Sequence record: SRR31156797_2545
DNA: 35,594 bases
Strand: one strand, 5' to 3'
Part shown: one piece after another, positions 10,098 to 16,642 of the stretch
How the letters are laid out: every line of letters starts with the position of its first letter
Position numbering within the stretch: the stretch's first letter is position 1
Program-made: the position numbers and the translations under genes
Notes under the pieces: generated by a model
The model's input: the letters and a program-made list of their open reading frames with translations, nothing else
Database searches by the model: none
What the model was told of the DNA's origin: nothing

Positions 10098-11615
10098 CTA
10101 TTTTAAATGCTTTTGTATCTCAGCATCAAGCACCTCACCATCCAACTGAATTACCACAGTGGCTTTTCCAGTTTTTTGATCATACTTCTCAGATAGTATC
10201 TCATATCCTGAGACTATATTTTTAGCATTTGTAGTGATTCTCATCATCACATCATCATTCATAAAATTACTATATTCAGATTGAACCACTTTTCCAAGTT
10301 TTTTTGCTAATGAATTCAATGCCATATTTGTAGCCATATTAATTGCCATTGCTTCATTCTGACTTTTAAAAGTCCCTTTTGCTGTTAAGTTTTTTGCTTT
10401 TGGAACAGATGTTGTTTGTACAGGAGCAACCTTTGGTGCACTTTTTGGTTTTGATGTTGCTAAAACTTTCTTTTTTGCAACTGGTTGTTGTTTTTGTACT
10501 GCTTGTTGTTTTGCTTTTAAAGCTCTTTCCACTGATGGGGTATAAAAGACATTAGCACTTCTATAATTATTATCAATAGGTACATTTATATATAACTCTT
10601 GAAATAATGGCAAAGTATCATAACCTGGAACTTTTGATTGGGCTTTAGCTTTATATTTATCAATCATCGCTTTTGTATTCTCATCTACTTTTCCAGTCAT
10701 GTCTGCATCATATCCATGAAGATATAAAGCATTTTGAATCATTGCGACTCTATCTTCTTGGTTAGCATTCATAAACTTTCTTGAAATAGATTCAACCACT
10801 ACATTATCAACTTTCCCATTAGGTAAGATTCTCCAGTATGGAAGATCTAAGTATCGTCCTATAATCTCTATAGTACTTAGTTCAACTAGCAATCTTACAG
10901 CAGCATGTCTTCCTTGAACTTTTTTTACATTACCATTGAGTCCAAAAGATATCGCAAGTATTGAAAACCCAATCTCGGATGAAGCAACTCCACTATTTAC
11001 GCTTACTGTATTTGAAGCACTCATTTTAGGAACCATCGCCCAAGTATCAAAGTCAATTAAACTCATATCTATAGTAATATTAGAGGTTGATGTCTTACTA
11101 TTGTCTCCAAAATCAAGTCCCACATTATTTCCATTGATAGAACCTTCTGCACCTAGATCACTCCCTTTTCCTCTTACATTAAGTGATCTATCAAACTCAG
11201 TAATTCCTCCAGAGATTACTAAAGTTGGGGTAATCTTATTTTTTCCAACTTTATACCCAAGGGCTTTCATATTACTAAAGTGAGCAGGATCATAATCTAC
11301 ATATTGGACTTTCCCTCCAATCTTATTGATCGCAGTTTTGATCATCTCAGTAATATCTACAGGGATCTCTCCACCTGTTGCCTGAGCAGTTCCTGTATCA
11401 TCTGTTACACCTTTACTTTGTATTTTAGTAGGACGTACAGAATATATATCTGTCATTCTTCCAAACACATCTAATGAAGCTGTATAGTTGGATACTTTTT
11501 TTTGTACTTTTTCTTCTTTTAACTCTACATCCACTTTTTGCGGGTTACCACATCCTGTGAAGGATAAAGCAAATAAACTGATTACCAAACAATATTTAAA
11601 AATTCTAGTAGTCAT
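10098..11615 (-). CDS. CsgG/HfaB-like lipoprotein with a peptidoglycan-binding domain and a C-terminal LPP20/FlgT-N-like domain
   Basis: Lipobox SFTG-C; GGEIPVDITEMIKTAI, VISGGITEFD and NITIDMSLID resemble the CsgG core; RVAMIQNALYLHGYDADMTGKVDENTKAMI resembles PG_binding_1; Lys/Pro/Ala linker before the C-domain. Confidence 0.72.
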   Translation of the reverse strand: MTTRIFKYCLVISLFALSFTGCGNPQKVDVELKEEKVQKKVSNYTASLDVFGRMTDIYSVRPTKIQSKGVTDDTGTAQATGGEIPVDITEMIKTAINKIGGKVQYVDYDPAHFSNMKALGYKVGKNKITPTLVISGGITEFDRSLNVRGKGSDLGAEGSINGNNVGLDFGDNSKTSTSNITIDMSLIDFDTWAMVPKMSASNTVSVNSGVASSEIGFSILAISFGLNGNVKKVQGRHAAVRLLVELSTIEIIGRYLDLPYWRILPNGKVDNVVVESISRKFMNANQEDRVAMIQNALYLHGYDADMTGKVDENTKAMIDKYKAKAQSKVPGYDTLPLFQELYINVPIDNNYRSANVFYTPSVERALKAKQQAVQKQQPVAKKKVLATSKPKSAPKVAPVQTTSVPKAKNLTAKGTFKSQNEAMAINMATNMALNSLAKKLGKVVQSEYSNFMNDDVMMRITTNAKNIVSGYEILSEKYDQKTGKATVVIQLDGEVLDAEIQKHLK

Positions 11616-11640
11616 AACTTTACCTTTAAAAACTTATAAG

Positions 11641-11958
11641 TTATTCACTTATTGTTGTTATATCACCTTTATTTTCTTGGATAATATAAATATCGCCAGC
11701 CTTACCACCTATCATATTAACGCCGCCAATATTTGTACCACCGATAGCACCATCGTCTGTGATTACAGTATCACCATTCTCTATATTATTTTGAGCTTGA
11801 GCTTTTGCTTTTCTCATAATGAACTTAACGTTAATATCTTTTTGCAGATCATTCCCTGTACTGATACCATCTTCAGTACCCATTCCATCATCCAAGTCTC
11901 CAGATATTGCCGATGAGACTATAAAGAATAATCCCACCAGCCATAATAAAGTTTTCAT
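11641..11958 (-). CDS. Small secreted protein (acidic N-terminus, Gly/Ile/Asn-rich C-terminus), possible adaptor or nucleator
   Basis: Signal peptide MKTLLWLVGLFFIVSSAISG; 2 bp from the repeat-protein gene; C-terminal NIGGVNMIGGKAGDIYIIQENKGDITTIS. Confidence 0.7.
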   Translation of the reverse strand: MKTLLWLVGLFFIVSSAISGDLDDGMGTEDGISTGNDLQKDINVKFIMRKAKAQAQNNIENGDTVITDDGAIGGTNIGGVNMIGGKAGDIYIIQENKGDITTISE

Positions 11959-11960
11959 AA

Positions 11961-12245
11961 CTATTTTACTTTAACACTACCAACATTTTGTTCAGCTCTA
12001 TTTCCAAATCCAGATGCCACGTTTCTTACATCTTGAGCTTTACCTCTAATATAGATATATTCAACAGTTCCACCTTCTCCTACTTCCATAGAATGAACAT
12101 TTTGTTCAGCAGTATTCATAGTACCAGTCGCCATATTTGATGCATTTTTTACATCAGAATCAATTATAACCCCTTTTGCACTTCCTGCAAAAGCACTCCC
12201 TGCAACCATCGCACTTACGATTAAACCTAAAGCTAACTTTTTCAT
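11961..12245 (-). CDS. Small secreted tandem-repeat protein, candidate major amyloid/fibre subunit
   Basis: Signal peptide ending AFA; the mature 74 aa are 38+36-aa repeats, both containing N-x-A-[ST]-G-x2-N-x-AEQNV-x-S-x2-V; strong RBS AAAGGAGA. The gene is secure; the function is inferred. Confidence 0.75.
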   Translation of the reverse strand: MKKLALGLIVSAMVAGSAFAGSAKGVIIDSDVKNASNMATGTMNTAEQNVHSMEVGEGGTVEYIYIRGKAQDVRNVASGFGNRAEQNVGSVKVK

Positions 12246-12320
12246 GACATCTCCTTTGTTTTAACTTAAACTAATTATTTCATATATACATTTAAACCTT
12301 ACTTAATTTTCTATAATTTG

Positions 12321-12350
12321 TTTACTAATCGTTTACTAACTATTTACTAA
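12321..12350 (-). promoter_or_regulatory. Triple direct repeat TTAGTAAA at 11-bp period upstream of the repeat-protein gene
   Basis: TTTACTAA on the + strand starting at 12321, 12332 and 12343. Confidence 0.6.
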
Positions 12351-12757
12351 TTACTTATCTGTATCACATTAGCTATGACACGAGCATGACTTTTGATGAT
12401 CTTCTGCTTCAAATCTAAAGGTTGAATTTGATCTAGATCATAAACAGTGACATTTTGATCAGAAAAAGTGATCTTTTTATACTCAGCTTGTATATCAGTT
12501 TTTTTATTATATATTTTCAAAAATACTGATATATCTCTTCTTTCATTATTACTATTGATCAATACTTCTATAGGAAGATACACTTCTACATTACAATTCT
12601 CTTCACTATTCATGAAAGTTTGTAATCCTTTACTTTGAAGCTCTACCATAATAGGTAAAATGATATGTTCATTTTTAGAATTTTTAAAATTGATACACTC
12701 TTTTGCACCTAATATACTTACAAATATCAAAATAATTATAGTTATACTTTTCATCAC
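12347..12757 (-). CDS. Exported hypothetical protein
   Basis: Hydrophobic signal peptide, Cys pair, coupled to the upstream gene; the start may be the ATG at 12754. Confidence 0.65.
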   Translation of the reverse strand: MMKSITIIILIFVSILGAKECINFKNSKNEHIILPIMVELQSKGLQTFMNSEENCNVEVYLPIEVLINSNNERRDISVFLKIYNKKTDIQAEYKKITFSDQNVTVYDLDQIQPLDLKQKIIKSHARVIANVIQISN

Positions 12758-14703
12758 TATTTCACCATTGAGATATTCATAAAATAATCTGTTGCTTCAT
12801 TTACATCAAAATTAAATCTATTTTTTTCCAGTTCATCCATCACATCATCAACTGTTACACCTAAAAATGATGTTTGTACTACCAAATGTACTTTTCCTTT
12901 ATTCCCTTTAGTTTTTTTCCACTTCCCAGCATCTTTTACATCTAAGATCTCTTTTTGTGCTTTGAGTACCTTTTTCACTTTCCTTAGATCTCTATAAGAG
13001 ATATCATTGAATTGAATCTCGATCTCTCTAATTTCCCCTAAAAGATATTTTGGAATATCCCAAACTACTTTTGAGCTAATAGCCTGAGCACTTTTTTTAA
13101 TTGCATTCTCTCTTGCTGTTAATTGATCATCTAAAAGGGAAAAAGATTGAGCTTGTTCATTATATATACCTACTGTTTTTCCACTTCCTGGCATTAATAC
13201 TTTTGAGTTAATAGATGCTGTGACCAATTTTCCACTTACATCTGAAACCTCACTTCTTGATAAAGCATACACAATATTTCCACTTACAACTATATCAGCC
13301 CCTGCTTCTCTCGCAAACTCTATAGCTGCTCCACCTATTCCTCTTCTTGCTTTTAATATTCTCTCACTATCTACAATATTTCTATTGGCAAGATCATCAG
13401 ATGTGGTTACATCATATCCATACTCTTTAAGAGTTTTTGCCAAAGAAGTTTCAATTGATCGAATCTGCATCTCGTCTTTTTTAGGAATATACTTCTCAAT
13501 TGAGTTTGATTTTTGTATGGTCTTTTCAACTAATTGTTCTTCAGAATATCTCTCTTGCCCAAAAACAATAAGTACTTTAGGAGTTCCTAACATCTCTACA
13601 AATGTTTTTAATCCATTTGCAAAACTAAAATCATGTACCTCTTTATCAGCTACACAAGCTTTCATCAAAACTTCAAAGGTTCTTTTATTTTTTTCTCTCT
13701 CACTTAAAATATCATAATAAGTGATAAACCCTTTTGCCTTCTTATTGATCACACTATACACTTGTGACATACTTTGGGTCATTTTTGCTTGTGTAAAATC
13801 TTCTATATGAACTCCAGCCCCTTTACTTACTGCATTTCTATATGCATCCATAGTTGCTCTTTGTTTTGCTATATATAGACCTTTTTCTAAGCCTCCAAGC
13901 CCTGTGCTCTCAATCCATTTTCCAGGGCAATTTTCTGAGTTAGATTGCTGAGCTAATAAAGAGAATGGATCTTTTGGCTTTTCTTTTACAACTGTTTTTT
14001 TGGAAGCTTTTTCTTTAGCAGCTTTTTGGGCACTTTTTTCTCTTGTTTCATAGACATATGATTTTTGTTGTAAATAGTTTTTACTTTTCGAAGATAATTC
14101 AGGCAGACCATCTGCTACTAGTTTTGCTATACCATTTTCTAAAGCCATTGCTAAAGCTTTATTTGGAAGCTCTCCAGTGGGATTACCACTTGCCCCAAAA
14201 CCTAGTGATTGAGTGAGTTTTTTACTCGCTTCACCTTCTGAACTTACTGTTGTTAGAAGCTCATTTGTTAAAGCATCTTTTATCATTAGATTTACTTTTA
14301 CTTTTACCACTTGCTTTTTTGATTTAGAAAATGCTCCAGTTGAAAACTCTGTATCATCACTAAATGAAGGGATAGAGACCACTAAAAAATAATCAACTGA
14401 TAAAAGATCTTTTAGTCTTGATCTTTGTTGTTCACTATCTTGAAGATCTGCCCACTCTATTTTATTTCGCTCGATCACTTCTTTTAAACGTTGCCAATCT
14501 AATACATTAAAACAACGAGTTTGTTTTAATGCAACTGCAGCTTCACTTTGAATACCAGATGTGTTATAAACTAATCTTGCTGTTTTATTTGTTATTTCAA
14601 CATCTGTAACGCCAATTAGTCCTTCATAAGTTGTAGTACATAAAGAAGCCATTATACTACTTGATAAAAAAACTATTAATAAAAATTGTTGTAACACTCT
14701 CAT
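12757..14703 (-). CDS. Multidomain exported protein: CsgG-like domain, FlgT-N/LPP20-like domain, second alpha/beta domain, C-terminal domain
   Basis: ALKQTRCFNVLDWQRLKEVIE...VDYFLVVSIPSF...VKVNLMIKDALTNELL...SEGEA follows the CsgG/HfaB pattern. AKQRATMDAYRNAVSKGAGVHI...AKGFITYYDILSE is FlgT-N-like. LKEYGYDV...AREAGADIVVSGNI repeats the TolB-N/CsgG-type fold. Confidence 0.7.
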   Translation of the reverse strand: MRVLQQFLLIVFLSSSIMASLCTTTYEGLIGVTDVEITNKTARLVYNTSGIQSEAAVALKQTRCFNVLDWQRLKEVIERNKIEWADLQDSEQQRSRLKDLLSVDYFLVVSIPSFSDDTEFSTGAFSKSKKQVVKVKVNLMIKDALTNELLTTVSSEGEASKKLTQSLGFGASGNPTGELPNKALAMALENGIAKLVADGLPELSSKSKNYLQQKSYVYETREKSAQKAAKEKASKKTVVKEKPKDPFSLLAQQSNSENCPGKWIESTGLGGLEKGLYIAKQRATMDAYRNAVSKGAGVHIEDFTQAKMTQSMSQVYSVINKKAKGFITYYDILSEREKNKRTFEVLMKACVADKEVHDFSFANGLKTFVEMLGTPKVLIVFGQERYSEEQLVEKTIQKSNSIEKYIPKKDEMQIRSIETSLAKTLKEYGYDVTTSDDLANRNIVDSERILKARRGIGGAAIEFAREAGADIVVSGNIVYALSRSEVSDVSGKLVTASINSKVLMPGSGKTVGIYNEQAQSFSLLDDQLTARENAIKKSAQAISSKVVWDIPKYLLGEIREIEIQFNDISYRDLRKVKKVLKAQKEILDVKDAGKWKKTKGNKGKVHLVVQTSFLGVTVDDVMDELEKNRFNFDVNEATDYFMNISMVK

Positions 14704-14711
14704 CTCTCACC

Positions 14712-15377
14712 TCACTTTAATTCTATTGCTTGTCCTAATAGATCATCAACAACAACTTCATTAGGACCTTTTGGAAAATCTTTTAAAAGATTTTGAGCCA
14801 CTGCTTTAATTGCCTTTATATGTTTATCTGATTCTCTATTGGCAAGAATATTAAATACAATATTAAATGGATCAAAAGCTAATCTTCTTTTTGCAACTCT
14901 CTCAGAGAGGTCATACCATACAGTATCACCATTTCTAAGTTGTAGTTTTAAAGACGCAGTAAAAGCAAAACCACTATACACTGCTGCATCTTGAACATTT
15001 GCTGTTTCTATGATCCCTGAGAGTATTGCATCTGCAGATGTCATTTGGGCAAGCTTATCAAAACTCAGCAGTCTTAAATGATCTGCTTTTTGAATACCCA
15101 CATCCATAAGTGCTTTATCTAAAATCTCTTTATCAATTACCGCATACCCTTGCATAGATAATATATCATTGATATGTTGTCTAAAATAGTAAGGAAGATT
15201 TGGATACATAGTCATATTTTGAATAGGTAAAACAGCAATCTTAAAAGTACTTACTGTTTTGATCTTCTCTTTGAAAACCTCATCAATAAAACTTTTTCGT
15301 ATCTCTTCTTCTGCATTAAGAGAAATAGATAAAAAAGAAAACAACAATAAAATTAGTTTTAAAGATCTACTTAACAT
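14712..15377 (-). CDS. DUF799/GNA1162-like exported protein
   Basis: IAVLPIQNMT...LSMQGYAVI...DKLAQMTSADAILSGII...TASLKLQLRNGDTVW pattern; this family is commonly encoded next to CsgG-like genes. Confidence 0.7.
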   Translation of the reverse strand: MLSRSLKLILLLFSFLSISLNAEEEIRKSFIDEVFKEKIKTVSTFKIAVLPIQNMTMYPNLPYYFRQHINDILSMQGYAVIDKEILDKALMDVGIQKADHLRLLSFDKLAQMTSADAILSGIIETANVQDAAVYSGFAFTASLKLQLRNGDTVWYDLSERVAKRRLAFDPFNIVFNILANRESDKHIKAIKAVAQNLLKDFPKGPNEVVVDDLLGQAIELK

Positions 15378-16014
15378 TGATTTGTCCTACCTCTGTTGTT
15401 GTTGTGCTCCAACCTCCAGAAGATACGGTATTAACATTTTCTGTTTTTCCTTTGATCATTATATTTCCAACTTCTGCATCTGATTCAACATTTACTGTGC
15501 CAATATGAATATGACTATTTTCATTTGTAGAATGATGGTAGATATTTTTAGTTTTTGTTTGAACTGTAATATCTTTACTCTCATCTACATGATAATGTTC
15601 CTCTGCAGGTTCTTCTACTTTGTTATAGTGATCTTTTAATCTTTGTTTGTAGAACTTTGAATTATATTTATAATCATCAAATTTTTCAGTTTGTTTTTTC
15701 TTTTTTTCTTCGAGAAGCTGTTTTGTTGTTTTCACACGTGATATTTTATTATTCAACATAATATCACTCATCTTCTGAGTAGATTTTTGAGTGATATTAT
15801 AATTAAATCCATTATTAAAAATTATTTTAGCAGTTGTATAAGATCGTGTGTAGATGGTATCATTTTCATGAAGTTGCAATCCATTGAAACCTTTTAATAG
15901 TTTCCCATTTCTTAAAACATATACTTCACCATTGATATAACCAAATTTAGCGACGTTATATTCTGCTTGTAAATAACCAATTAATAAAAGCAATGAAAAG
16001 AATGTCTTCTTCAT
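15367..16014 (-). CDS. Secreted protein: truncated FecR-like N-domain, Lys-rich linker, C-terminal two-repeat module
   Basis: INGEVYVLRNG...LHENDTIYT...AKIIFNNG resembles the first half of a FecR domain. The C-terminus AEVGNIMIKGKTENVNTVSSGGWSTTTTEVGQINVK aligns with the repeats of 11961-12245 and 16643-17560. Confidence 0.72.
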   Translation of the reverse strand: MKKTFFSLLLLIGYLQAEYNVAKFGYINGEVYVLRNGKLLKGFNGLQLHENDTIYTRSYTTAKIIFNNGFNYNITQKSTQKMSDIMLNNKISRVKTTKQLLEEKKKKQTEKFDDYKYNSKFYKQRLKDHYNKVEEPAEEHYHVDESKDITVQTKTKNIYHHSTNENSHIHIGTVNVESDAEVGNIMIKGKTENVNTVSSGGWSTTTTEVGQINVK

Positions 16015-16026
16015 AGCTTTTTAAAC

Positions 16027-16533
16027 TCATTGTAAATAGTTTGCTTTTAAATGCCTAGCTATTGCATAGCTTGCAGCATCTATTGCACTTTCATTCACCA
16101 TTTTTTGAGTTGGGAACAACCAATATTCAACATCAATATTGATATGATAATAACCAATCTCTTTGTTATTATTATCTAAGATTGTGAATAAAACTTCAAA
16201 TTGGCTATTATCTTTTCCAAAATAGGTACCAAAGTCTGTCAAATGCTTTTTCATTTTTAAGGTATTTAAAATTTCATATTTGAGCTTTAACTGATCTCCT
16301 GGAATGAAATTTTCACTATTTTCTTCGCTGTATAACTTTTTAAACAGGTCATCTTCAAGCTGATCAAGAAACTCATTAGGAACTATCTTGTTTTGGTTTC
16401 CCTTAACAAGTTCTAGAGTACTAAACTGGTTTACACTTTTATAAGTTTTCACCGTTTTAACATTTTGAACAGTTGAACCACAACCAACCAGCATACCAAT
16501 TAAGAATGCCAATGACAATATTCTACTAAACAT
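16027..16533 (-). CDS. Lipoprotein (DUF4410-like), first gene of the leftward operon
   Basis: Lipobox LVG-C; RBS AAGGAGG; alpha/beta pattern ending in the helix AIDAASYAIARHLK. Family call is tentative. Confidence 0.62.
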   Translation of the reverse strand: MFSRILSLAFLIGMLVGCGSTVQNVKTVKTYKSVNQFSTLELVKGNQNKIVPNEFLDQLEDDLFKKLYSEENSENFIPGDQLKLKYEILNTLKMKKHLTDFGTYFGKDNSQFEVLFTILDNNNKEIGYYHINIDVEYWLFPTQKMVNESAIDAASYAIARHLKANYLQ

Positions 16534-16642
16534 AATAACCCTCCTTTTATCCTTTAAAGCAGTATATCAGTTTTTAGTTTAACTTATTGTGTAATAATAA
16601 AAGAAAAGTAAGTTATAATTTTAAGGAAGAAAGGATTGTAAC
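16534..16642. promoter_or_regulatory. Divergent promoter region
   Basis: Minus strand TGATATACT (extended -10, box at 16561-16566) and plus strand TATAAT at 16614-16619, each upstream of an RBS. Confidence 0.55.

Noticed and set aside
11641-12245. Calling the small proteins CsgA/CsgB or FapB/FapC
   Set aside because: The repeat period is 38 aa with two copies and lacks the curlin Q-x4-N-x5-Q spacing of ~22 aa. The Fap NQQ motif and the FapD/FapF partners are absent. Only local motif resemblance exists, so no gene symbols were assigned.
12321-12350. Direct repeats as a CRISPR remnant
   Set aside because: The repeats are 8 bp with 3-bp spacers; there are no cas genes or arrays anywhere in the window.
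12757-14703. Flagellar gene (flgT) assignment
   Set aside because: Only domain-level resemblance; there is an extra CsgG-like N-domain and no flagellar context.
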